A DNA stretch of 63,783 nt, the filler included. It is 7 parts of 7 records of this genome, joined end to end, with 100 filler letters (N's around TTAATTAATTAA, not from the genome) between each part and the next. Parts side by side here need not be neighbours in the genome. Positions count along the whole stretch, not along the records: positions 1 to 11,815 come from SRR31156797_28568; positions 11,916 to 21,429 come from SRR31156797_28583; 5 more parts are not named here. One strand, 5' to 3'. A program made the position numbers and the translations under genes. The notes below the pieces were generated by a model, which did not search any database, was not told where the DNA came from, and saw only the letters and a list, made by a program, of their open reading frames with translations. Shown here piece after piece: positions 9,606-18,298 of this stretch (within the stretch, counting starts at the first letter, position 1; every line of letters begins with the position of its first letter).

Positions 9606-11108
9606 ATGGCGCAGGACATTTTTCTATCGATCGACGTTGGCACCGGCAGCGTTCGCGCCGCACTTGTCAACAGCGCCGGAAAGATCCTGTTCATCGCCAG
9701 CCGCGAGCACGATCAAATCGTTCCCGCCTATGGATGGTCCGAACAAAAACCGGCAGACTGGTGGAACGGCGTTATTCATGCGACCCGTGCCGCGCTTGAT
9801 GGACACCCGGAAGCCAGGGATCGCATCGCCGCCATATGCGCCTGCGGTCAGATGCACGGAACCGTCCTGATCGACGGCAACGGCGAGCTGACCCGCGAGG
9901 CGGCGCCGCTGTGGAACGACAAGCGGACGGATGGCCTGGTATCGGCCTTCGAATCCACAACCAGCCCCCGCGAATTTCTCGCCGAAAGCGGTAATCCGCC
10001 AACACCGGCATGGCCGGGCTTCAAACTGCAATGGCTGCGCGACAACGATGCCGACGCCTACGACGCGGCACAAGCCGTCCTGATGCCGAAGGACTACGTG
10101 AATTTCAAGCTGACCGGCGAAATCGCCACGGACTGGACGGAAGCTTCTTTAAGCTTTCTGATGAATCCAACGACCCGTGACTGGTCGCCGGTGATGGTCG
10201 AACGTCTTGGGATCGATGCGGCGAAACTGCCGCCGATCCGCTCACCGGTCGATATCCTCGGCCAGGTATCGGCAAAGGCGGCGGCGGAAACCGGTTTGGC
10301 CGAAGGAACGCCGGTGCTGGTCGGTGCCGGCGACTACCCGGTTGCCCTGCTCGGATCGGGCGCCTGCCGCCCGGGGCTCGGTTCGGAAGTCATGGGGACG
10401 TCCTCCATCATCACGGCAATCTCGAAGAAGCCCTTCCTCGATCCCGAAATATCGAACGTCGGCACCGTCGAAGGGAATTGGGGACCGTTCGTCCTGCTCG
10501 ATGCCGGTGGCGACGCCATGCGCTGGGCCCGTCGCGCCTTCCACGACAAGGCACTGAGCTACGGCGACATCGTCGAAAAGGCGGCAGACGCGCCGCCCGG
10601 CGCCGATGCCCTGTTCTTCCTTCCGTATCTGGTCGGGGAACGGTTCGGTGAGCATCGGAACTCGCGGGGCCAGTTCTTCGGAATTACCGCCGGCCATGGC
10701 CTTCCGCACCTGCATCGCGCGGTGATGGAAGGTGTGGCTTTTGCGGTTACCCGGCACATCCGCATCATGGAAAATGCTTCCGGCGACACGATCGAACGCG
10801 TCATCGCGTCGGGCGGCGGCGCCAAAACGCAGCTCTGGCTGAAGATAAAGTCGAGCGCCTACGGCATACCGATCGTCGTTCCCGAAGAGCCGGAATGCGG
10901 CGTCGTCGGCTGCGCCGCCATGGCGGCGACGGCGACCGGCCGGTTCACCAATCCCGGAGACGCGGCGGCGGTGTTCGTCCGCTATTCCGAGGAAATCCAG
11001 CCGGAACCGCAATGGACCGACAGGTACGCCAAAATGCAGCCGGTTTTCGACAAGCTGTATCTTCATAGCCAGTCCCTCTACGACGATCTCGAGGGATTGG
11101 CCCGATGA
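9606..11108 (+). CDS. FGGY-family carbohydrate kinase (xylulokinase-like)
   Basis: SIDVGTGSVRA, GQMHG, LWNDKR, PKDY, LPYLVGER and SGGGA motifs; start moved to ATG 9606. Confidence 0.93.
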   Translation: MAQDIFLSIDVGTGSVRAALVNSAGKILFIASREHDQIVPAYGWSEQKPADWWNGVIHATRAALDGHPEARDRIAAICACGQMHGTVLIDGNGELTREAAPLWNDKRTDGLVSAFESTTSPREFLAESGNPPTPAWPGFKLQWLRDNDADAYDAAQAVLMPKDYVNFKLTGEIATDWTEASLSFLMNPTTRDWSPVMVERLGIDAAKLPPIRSPVDILGQVSAKAAAETGLAEGTPVLVGAGDYPVALLGSGACRPGLGSEVMGTSSIITAISKKPFLDPEISNVGTVEGNWGPFVLLDAGGDAMRWARRAFHDKALSYGDIVEKAADAPPGADALFFLPYLVGERFGEHRNSRGQFFGITAGHGLPHLHRAVMEGVAFAVTRHIRIMENASGDTIERVIASGGGAKTQLWLKIKSSAYGIPIVVPEEPECGVVGCAAMAATATGRFTNPGDAAAVFVRYSEEIQPEPQWTDRYAKMQPVFDKLYLHSQSLYDDLEGLAR

Positions 11109-11815
11109 CCATCAAGGCGGTGTTGTGGGACATGGACGGCACTTTGGTGGACAGCGAGCCCGTTCATCTCGAGTCCCTCAACGAGGTTCTGCAACAGGAA
11201 GGCCATTCCATCCCACCGGACCTGCAGGAATGGCTGATCGGGCGCACGGTCGAACAGTCCTACGAAACCATCGTCGAACGAATCGGCCTGACCGTTCCCT
11301 GCGACACGCTTGTTCGTCGGATATACGCGGCCTATGGGCGACGCAGCCGGGCGTTGAAGGCGCGGCCGCACGCCATGGAGATTTTCCGATCCTTGGCCCG
11401 ACAGGGCGTGGCACAGGCGATCGTTTCGAATTCCGACCGAATCATCGTCAATCTCAATCTGCAGGCCGTTGGCCTGACCGATCCCGGCCTTGTCAGTATC
11501 AGCCGCAACGATGTCCGCAATGGAAAACCGGATCCCGAAGCCTATCAGCGGGCCACCTGGCTGCTCGGAACCGAATCTGTATCCTGCGCCGTCGTCGAGG
11601 ACAGTCCGCCCGGTGCCGCCGCCGGCTTGGCCGCAGGCATGCGCGTCTTCGCCTGGCCGGACCTGGACATCGCCACACAGGCCTTTCCATCGGGCGTCCA
11701 GGTCGTCGAAACGGGCGAAGAACTGGCCGATCACCTGTACGTATCAATCAGCGCCAGGGAAGCCCTGACGGCAGCCGGCGAATTGCTGCCCGCGGATGTC
11801 GGCCCGCAGGAAGGG
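11105..11815 (+). CDS. HAD-family phosphatase (beta-PGM-like), 3' end runs into the gap
   Basis: LWDMDGTLVDSE, KPDPEAY and VEDSPPG motifs. Confidence 0.9.
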
Positions 11816-11915
11816 NNNNNNNNNNNNNNNNNNNNNNNNNNNNNNNNNNNNNNNNNNNNTTAATTAATTAANNNNNNNNNNNNNNNNNNNNNNNNNNNNN
11901 NNNNNNNNNNNNNNN
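11816..11915. other. Artificial contig linker
   Basis: N44-TTAATTAATTAA-N44. Confidence 0.99.
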
Positions 11916-12195
11916 CAACCTCATTGCCCGGAAAAAACTCTATGAGATGAATGTGGTTATTTCCGATACCGCCGAGTATGGCTGTTATCTCTTTGCCCAC
12001 AAAGCCGTGCCCATGCTCGAGGAGTTCATGAAGACCATTGATACGGACGTCATCGGCAAGGGCCTTGCTTTGGCCGACAACAGCGTGGACAACATCCGCC
12101 TGATCGAGGTCAATGAAGAGATCCGGTTCACCTCCGTGGAAGAGGTCGGCCAGGAATTACGATCTTACATGAGCGCCATGAAACCAATCCTGTAA
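11916..12195 (+). CDS. ilvC: Ketol-acid reductoisomerase, long form, C-terminal fragment
   Basis: [25 protein letters not shown]...[13 protein letters not shown]. Confidence 0.92.
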
Positions 12196-12216
12196 ACCCG
12201 CACGTTGTACCTGATT

Positions 12217-12249
12217 CGCTCCCGGCCCTCTCCCTCCCGGGCCGGGGCG
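12217..12249. terminator. Hairpin after ilvC
   Basis: CGC.CCCGGCC...GGCCGGGGCG inverted repeat, no clear U tail. Confidence 0.45.
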
Positions 12250-12309
12250 AATCATCTTCCCGGCAAATTTTCCTTGCCAAAATCCATGGGAACCATTTGA
12301 ATACATGCC

Positions 12310-13704
12310 ATGAAAATTACAAATGCCAGCGCCAATGACCTTTTTGTCGACCGTTTTGAAGCCGGAACCGGGGAAGCCTGGTGTTTGGTGGGAACCAACC
12401 GGTCCGGAATTACTACTTTTTTCAAGCTGCTTGCAGGAGAGCTCCCGGATATAGAAGCGGAGTTCCTGGAACTGCCGGAAAATCCAGGGGTTGTCTCCTT
12501 CAAGCGTCAGCAGGCGTTGTTTGAGGAAGAGCTGAAAAAAGACGATACCGATTACCTGGACAGGATCGACCCCGGCACCCCGGCCGCCGCTTTTCTCAAC
12601 AATCCGGAGGACCATGGCGATCTGATCAGGGCATTTGCCATGGCGGATTCCATGGACAAGGGATACCGCCAGCTGAGTACCGGCCAGTCCAGGAAACTCA
12701 TGCTCCTTTCCCAGATCACCCGGGGGATTTCCAGCCTGGTCGTCCAGGCCCCCTATGAAGGGCTGGACCGGGCAAGCTGTGACGAACTGGACAAGGCCCT
12801 GGCCCTTTGCCACCAATGGGGGATCCAGCTTTTCATTACGGTACACAACCGGGGGGATATCCCTGACTGGTGCACCCATGTGGCGGGCATTGCCAACGGC
12901 CGAATTGCCCATGCCGGTCCCCGGACCGGCAATATGGATCAGATTGAAGCAATTCTTCAAACGGACACTCCGGATTTCAAGGCCTCCATAGAAGAGCTGG
13001 TTGAGAATGGAAAATCATCGGGCAGGGACGCTGCCGGCGATGATCCGGCAACGGAACTGGTCCGGCTCAAAAACGGGTTGGCCGGATACGGCGGAAAGAC
13101 GGTTTTTTCCGGCCTGGACCTTTGTATCAGACCCCATGACCACACCCTTATCACAGGGCCCAACGGATGCGGGAAATCCACCCTGCTCCAGGTTATCATG
13201 GGGGATCACCCGGCCTGCTACCAGAACGACCTGCGCATATTCGGCATCCAGCGGGGAACCGGGGAATCCATCTGGGAATTAAAAAAGCACATGGGGATTG
13301 TCAGCCCGGAACTGCACAGGAATTACCATGTGCCGGGCAATACCCTCCACTGCATTATTTCCGGTCTGTTCGATTCCATAGGTATTTACAAAAAATACAC
13401 CCCCGGGGATGAAAAAAAAGCCATGAAATGGCTGGAACGCATCGGTCTTACCCCGGAGGCCCACACCCCTTTCCGTCAGCTTTCCCATGCAGACCAGCGC
13501 CTGGTCCTCATCGCCAGGGCCCTGATCAAGGTTCCCAGGCTGCTCATCCTGGATGAGGCCACCCAGGGACTGGACGAACCCAACCGCCTGGCCGTGCTTG
13601 ATTTCCTGGAACAGGTGGCAAAGGAAGGACTCTGCACCATCCTCTATGTCAGCCACCGCACGGACGAATATCGCAGCTTTTTCACATCCCATATTCGGAT
13701 GTAG
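12310..13704 (+). CDS. modF: ModF-like ABC ATPase with two nucleotide-binding domains
   Basis: Degenerate first NBD (LSTGQSRK); second NBD GPNGCGKSTL; FGIQRGTGESIWELKKHMGIVSPELH signature. Confidence 0.85.
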   Translation: MKITNASANDLFVDRFEAGTGEAWCLVGTNRSGITTFFKLLAGELPDIEAEFLELPENPGVVSFKRQQALFEEELKKDDTDYLDRIDPGTPAAAFLNNPEDHGDLIRAFAMADSMDKGYRQLSTGQSRKLMLLSQITRGISSLVVQAPYEGLDRASCDELDKALALCHQWGIQLFITVHNRGDIPDWCTHVAGIANGRIAHAGPRTGNMDQIEAILQTDTPDFKASIEELVENGKSSGRDAAGDDPATELVRLKNGLAGYGGKTVFSGLDLCIRPHDHTLITGPNGCGKSTLLQVIMGDHPACYQNDLRIFGIQRGTGESIWELKKHMGIVSPELHRNYHVPGNTLHCIISGLFDSIGIYKKYTPGDEKKAMKWLERIGLTPEAHTPFRQLSHADQRLVLIARALIKVPRLLILDEATQGLDEPNRLAVLDFLEQVAKEGLCTILYVSHRTDEYRSFFTSHIRM

Positions 13705-13814
13705 CTCCCTGAGAAATGACCTCACAGGACTACAAGGGCGTCATTTCTCCGCAAATACAGGTTTTTTCGTTCCCTTCGCAATAAAGGTCAAACGGCCACC
13801 CCTTGCCGGAAGGA

Positions 13815-13889
13815 AGATACCACGACTTAACGCTCCGCCCATCCGGCATCGGACGAAGCCGTACCATTGTCAAGGACCTCCTGGGCCAT
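13815..13889 (+). pseudogene. Possible tyrosine recombinase catalytic-motif remnant
   Basis: Reads RYHDL...TIVKDLLGH in one frame, resembling HxLR...LLGH but shortened and lacking the catalytic Arg. Confidence 0.35.
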
Positions 13890-13957
13890 GGCCCTAAGTA
13901 TTAAAAAACTAGAATTTTATGGACGTCCCCAAGTTTCTCAATTTTCCCTTGCCATTT

Positions 13958-13975
13958 TAGTTTGCATACAAGATA
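13958..13975. promoter_or_regulatory. Putative MarR operator upstream of marR
   Basis: TAGTTTGCATACAAGATA, a 14/18 match to the site at 14460. Confidence 0.55.
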
Positions 13976-14010
13976 AATAAAGATACATATTTAATTGAAG
14001 GAGACGTTAT

Positions 14011-14430
14011 ATGGATCCGAACCAGTGTATTTTTTTCCAGCTGGCCAAGGCAAGCCAGTCCGGCACCCGTTTCTGGAACAAACAGGTTTCCAGGATGGGG
14101 TTGACCGCGGTACAGGCCATGGTGCTCTCGTTTCTGTCTGAAAATGACCAGGTCACCTCCAGGGACCTGGGGCAGCGGGTTCAGCTGGACAGCGCAACCC
14201 TGACAGGAATTCTGGACCGTTTAGCAAAAGCGGATCTTATCGAGCGCAAACCCAACCCCGACGACAGGCGTGCCATTCTCATCTGCCTGACGCCGTCGGG
14301 AAAAGAGACCGGTCAAAAAGTGCTGGCCATGCTGCCGGAACAGAACCAGGCCTTTTTATCAGCCCTGACCCCGGAAGAGGAGATGATTTTTCGGACCCTG
14401 CTCAAGAAACTGGTCTCCCAGGCAAAATAA
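14011..14430 (+). CDS. MarR-family regulator
   Basis: LDSATLTGILDRL...IERKPNPDDRRAILICLT. Confidence 0.93.
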   Translation: MDPNQCIFFQLAKASQSGTRFWNKQVSRMGLTAVQAMVLSFLSENDQVTSRDLGQRVQLDSATLTGILDRLAKADLIERKPNPDDRRAILICLTPSGKETGQKVLAMLPEQNQAFLSALTPEEEMIFRTLLKKLVSQAK

Positions 14431-14459
14431 AACCGGGCGACCCCAAAAAATGATTTAAT

Positions 14460-14477
14460 TAGCTTGTACACAATATA
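14460..14477. promoter_or_regulatory. Putative MarR operator upstream of paaI
   Basis: TAGCTTGTACACAATATA with a palindromic TTGT..ACAA core, similar to the site at 13958. Confidence 0.55.
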
Positions 14478-14532
14478 TATGAGTGCAAGACACATAATAT
14501 GACAAACATCCAACATAAAAAAGGACGTCATC

Positions 14533-14988
14533 ATGTTAAGCCCAAATCCCGATTACATCAGAGAATTGATCACCCTCGTTAAAGAAAGCCCCTATCCCAG
14601 CCACATGTCCATGGCCTTGAGCCGGATTGAGTTTGACAACGCGGTTGTGTCCCTGGACCTGGGCACGTGCCACATGCAGCCCTTTGGTATTGTGCACGGA
14701 GGCGTTCTGGCCACCCTCATCGACACGGCCACCTTCTGGGCCGCATTTTTGCGCCTTCCCGAGGATGCGGGCCTGGTCAATGTGGACCTGAAGCTCAATT
14801 ACCTGGAACAGGCCAGAGAGGGACGGCTCACCGCTTATGGCACCTGCCTGAAGGCCGGCAGGTCCATTTCCTATGCCGAAGCAAGGGTGGAAGATGAATC
14901 GGGAAAAATCATTGCCCACGGCACCTCGACCCTCATGGCCCTGCCTGGAAAAGGGTTACGCCTTTCAGCCGCCAAATTTACTGGGTAA
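14533..14988 (+). CDS. PaaI-family thioesterase
   Basis: GIVHGGVLATLID and DLKLNYL hotdog-fold motifs. Confidence 0.93.
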   Translation: MLSPNPDYIRELITLVKESPYPSHMSMALSRIEFDNAVVSLDLGTCHMQPFGIVHGGVLATLIDTATFWAAFLRLPEDAGLVNVDLKLNYLEQAREGRLTAYGTCLKAGRSISYAEARVEDESGKIIAHGTSTLMALPGKGLRLSAAKFTG

Positions 14989-15050
14989 GACGGGGGGGAT
15001 GGGCGCCAGGACCCGAAACGCCGCCACAGCGCCAGTGTTTCGCTTCGTTC

Positions 15051-17297
15051 CTAAAACCCCCCCCCCGCGTCCGGCAACACCTCCGCCGGTATGGTCACCT
15101 GGCACCCCGCCGACCTCAGCGTGAAATGAACCACGGAATTAAAGCCCGGCATATCCCAATCCGTCCGGACCCGGAAAACGGAACCGCCGGGGCCGTCAAC
15201 GGTCAGCGTATGCACTGTGCCGGGAGACAGCAACGGAGCCGTTGAAGGGGTGGTGTTCTCGTCGGTATGAAACAAAGCGCCCGCTCCGTAGTCGGCACCG
15301 TCAAGGGAAGAAGCGAATCCGAATTTTTGAATCCCGAAATAAAAAATCTCCCCGGTGCTGTCCGTGACAAGGCTGCAGGACTGGCTGACCGGCTGCCGCT
15401 GGCCTTGGGCAGGCGTGTCGGAATACTCGCCTCCGGCCTCGGAAAACCACGTCGAAATTTCAGCGGTCATGGGTATTTCACTCGCCGCGACATTCGCAAA
15501 GATAAAACACGGAGCGTTACCTGCCCATTTGAAATTCAGCGTCTTTGCCTTATCCAGGGTTTCATATCCGTCAATGGCATCGAAATAAAAATGCCCCGTG
15601 ACGGGATTGGCAAAAGGAGTGCCGTCCACCCCCACGGCTTCCGCCCGTATTCTGTTGGCTGAACTGGCGCTGTTAAAATAATTCCCGTCAATGGCCACCC
15701 GGACATCCGCAACGAAACGGTTCCCGTCCATTGTGTCGGAGACTCGATCAATATCGAAGAGGTAGGAATCGGAAAGCGTGAAGCCGCCGTCCTCCGTGGG
15801 CACAAAGAACTTATTCCCGTAATCCGTTTTGAACAGCACGGAAACGTCATCGGTGTCGTCAAGGGGACTTCCGTTGCCGTCGATGACATCCGCCACAAGG
15901 ATCAGCCGCCCGGCACGCCCTTCATAGCCGCCCGGCTCCGTGGTCTTGTTCACCACGAGCAACGGGTACTTCTTTGCATTTTCGTCTCCCGGGGCCTTGA
16001 AATACATCGAAGAACTCCCGTCATCGTAGTTACGCGCCGACACCCCAACCTGATGGGGTGCCCCCACCCCCCGCACGTGGACAGGAAAATTTACTGTTTT
16101 CGTATCATACACTTCATAAAACGGGTCGTCATAGGACCGGAACTGCACCTCCACGGTAAATGTCGCCGTATCTCCGATATCCAGGCCATCCACCGGGAAG
16201 GGTCCGAGAACCGTGGTCGTATAATGCAACGGATAACCGGTCTTTCCCAGCTCAGAGAATCCCGTGGAATCCGTACCGCTCAGGGGAACGGGCTTGCCGT
16301 TCAGGGTGCATCTGACAACGCCTTTGGCGGTCGCATCATTGATCCGGTCATATACTTCAAGGGTCACGTCCGGCTGCCGGATGTTCAAGCCTTCCTTCAC
16401 CAATGATATCTCTCCGAGGACACTCGAAGCTTCGATGAGATTCACCGTGCCCACTTTGTCCTTATAAGCCGTGGGATTGTAGATGCTTTCCACTTTCTTA
16501 TCCGGGGCAAGTTCAGCCACCGCTCCGGCGGGCAGATCGGGAAACTGGCGGTCCAGTGTCGCCTTCACCCCGATGGGATCGCCGTTTCCAAGGGCCCTGC
16601 GGGAAAAATCCTCCAGATAATCCTGGCTGTCACCGCCCTCGTCGCTGATGAAGGCCATGGGGAACACCGACTCCGCCATCTGGTCACCCGTCCGGCCCGC
16701 CAGAAGTTCCCGGGCGATCTTAATGAGTGTTCCGTCGATGCCCGCTCCGTCATAATCCTTCAGCGGATGCGACGCCGCCACCATAAGCGTCTGCGCCACT
16801 GCGTAGGGAGTACTGCGCGTCGGGTCATCCGTTTCAATGTCCACATCGCTCATTCCCACGCCGAATTCGGCGACGAACTTCTGCAGATCGAACTTGCATT
16901 CTTCCACCACCTGCCGGACCACTTCCGGATTGGCGCTGGTGGTCTTCCCCTCTACCATATAGGCAAGAATCGACGTAAACAGGGTCAAGTTGACGCCCTG
17001 GTCACGATGGGTAACCACCGTTCTCAAGCTGCCCATGTAGGGGCGACCGTCCAGCCTTCCCCCCTTGGTATGCAAAAACGCGGGCAGAACCACGTCGGAA
17101 AGATCCGCGCTGAAGAATCCGTCATCCGATGTCGTACCGATGCGCCGGCCGGCGGCGTACACTCCGGCTCCGGCGACAGGACCGTTGACGACAAAGCCTG
17201 TCACCGTTTCGGAATCGGAATTTGAATCTGAAACGCATCCGGTACATGTAAAGAAAAAGCTGAAGAGCAAAAACAAAAGAGATGTTACGGCTTTCAT
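15051..17297 (-). CDS. Large hypothetical lipoprotein (~748 aa)
   Basis: MKAVTSLLFLLFSFFFTCTG-C lipobox, Ser/Asp linker, then G.VV.GPV.GA.V; acidic and beta-rich; no recognisable catalytic motif. Confidence 0.75.
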   Translation of the reverse strand: MKAVTSLLFLLFSFFFTCTGCVSDSNSDSETVTGFVVNGPVAGAGVYAAGRRIGTTSDDGFFSADLSDVVLPAFLHTKGGRLDGRPYMGSLRTVVTHRDQGVNLTLFTSILAYMVEGKTTSANPEVVRQVVEECKFDLQKFVAEFGVGMSDVDIETDDPTRSTPYAVAQTLMVAASHPLKDYDGAGIDGTLIKIARELLAGRTGDQMAESVFPMAFISDEGGDSQDYLEDFSRRALGNGDPIGVKATLDRQFPDLPAGAVAELAPDKKVESIYNPTAYKDKVGTVNLIEASSVLGEISLVKEGLNIRQPDVTLEVYDRINDATAKGVVRCTLNGKPVPLSGTDSTGFSELGKTGYPLHYTTTVLGPFPVDGLDIGDTATFTVEVQFRSYDDPFYEVYDTKTVNFPVHVRGVGAPHQVGVSARNYDDGSSSMYFKAPGDENAKKYPLLVVNKTTEPGGYEGRAGRLILVADVIDGNGSPLDDTDDVSVLFKTDYGNKFFVPTEDGGFTLSDSYLFDIDRVSDTMDGNRFVADVRVAIDGNYFNSASSANRIRAEAVGVDGTPFANPVTGHFYFDAIDGYETLDKAKTLNFKWAGNAPCFIFANVAASEIPMTAEISTWFSEAGGEYSDTPAQGQRQPVSQSCSLVTDSTGEIFYFGIQKFGFASSLDGADYGAGALFHTDENTTPSTAPLLSPGTVHTLTVDGPGGSVFRVRTDWDMPGFNSVVHFTLRSAGCQVTIPAEVLPDAGGGF

Positions 17298-17612
17298 GGG
17301 CGCCTCGCGTAAAAGGAATACAAGCATTATTACCGTCAGCATATTCTCCCTATAGAAAAGAGCCTGCGTGGCAAGCGGCATTTTAATACGGAAAACACAC
17401 AGCTACACCAAAAAACGACTTTCCCCGACAATAAAGCAGGAGAGAGAGTATGGAACAGGAACTCGCTTTCTGTCAAGCCAATTATGAATAACAGAGGAAA
17501 GCCGCACCAGGAAATGGCGTATACATACCCGAAATCGGTATACCATGCCGGTTATAAGGAATTCCGCCCCCTTGAACGGCCCCTAAGAATTCGGAAATCC
17601 GCGCAAAATGCC

Positions 17613-17709
17613 GGCCACCCTCATCGACACGGCCACTATCCTGGCAGCTTTCTGCGCCTTCCCGAGGATGCGGGCCTTGTCAATGTGTACCTGAAGCTCA
17701 AAGACGGGG
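17613..17709 (+). pseudogene. Decayed partial duplicate of paaI fused to the paaI 3' flank
   Basis: 17613-17701 matches 14709-14798 with substitutions and a 1-nt deletion; 17701-17709 (AAGACGGGG) matches 14987-14995. Confidence 0.85.
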
Positions 17710-17812
17710 AGGCATGGACGTCCCCCGTTGTGGGAAATACGGTAACCGTCAAACGAGGCCATTTACTTATGGAGTGCTGGATATGGACTTTAGGGTTGAA
17801 TTTAGATAATGC

Positions 17813-17957
17813 TTGACAAGCATGCTCAGCATAAAGTATGAACATTGAAAAAAGCAACAGGAAGTTGCAGTAATTGTTTATAGTAATTTAAAAGTAGAAT
17901 CAAGCCAAGAAGGCCAGATAGCAACAGTATGCTATTCAGGAATTCTTGGCTTTTTTT
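17813..17957 (+). promoter_or_regulatory. Promoter plus attenuator-like leader upstream of the TonB receptor
   Basis: TTGACA at 17813; hairpin GCAAC-AGGAA-GTTGC (17854-68); GCC-AAGAA-GGC (17904-14) overlaps the terminator stem AAGCCAAGAA/TTCTTGGCTT, which ends in a T run. Confidence 0.55.
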
Positions 17958-18298
17958 ATTTGGAAGGGGGAGCGTTTTATATTTTGATACCAGGCCATTG
18001 ACAGCAACAGGTTTTAAGATAAAAAAAGGAAGACAGCACAAGATCCGTCCAAAGAGCTATGCTGCCTTCCCGGCAAGTTCCTTTGATAATCAAAAGATTA
18101 TAAGGAAACTTATCTTTTTCTTATAGCACCGCAGAAATGCAGGGTCAATCCTCATTCTGCCCCCGTTGGTTTTTCATGCCTGCCCACAAAATGATCCCAC
18201 TAATGAATGGATATGCAATCCGGTATCAGATCCCGATTGCATATAAAAATGGGGTGCAGTTTCAACATGAGACAATGAAAAAACGAGGAGAGATTTTG

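Noticed and set aside
11860-11871. TTAATTAATTAA repeated six times
   Set aside because: Synthetic linker inside the N gaps, not a biological repeat or CRISPR
491-11871. Many long antisense or alternate-frame ORFs (e.g. 2812-3903, 4863-5855, 7522-8682)
   Set aside because: Shadow ORFs of high-GC genes; they have no motifs and overlap well-supported CDS
17484-17816. 110-aa ORF containing FLRLPEDAGLVNV
   Set aside because: Chance ORF running through the frameshifted paaI duplicate, not a separate gene
17820-18298. Cobalamin riboswitch before the TonB receptor
   Set aside because: No AGGGAA/GGTG.AA.TCC core or B12 box is visible
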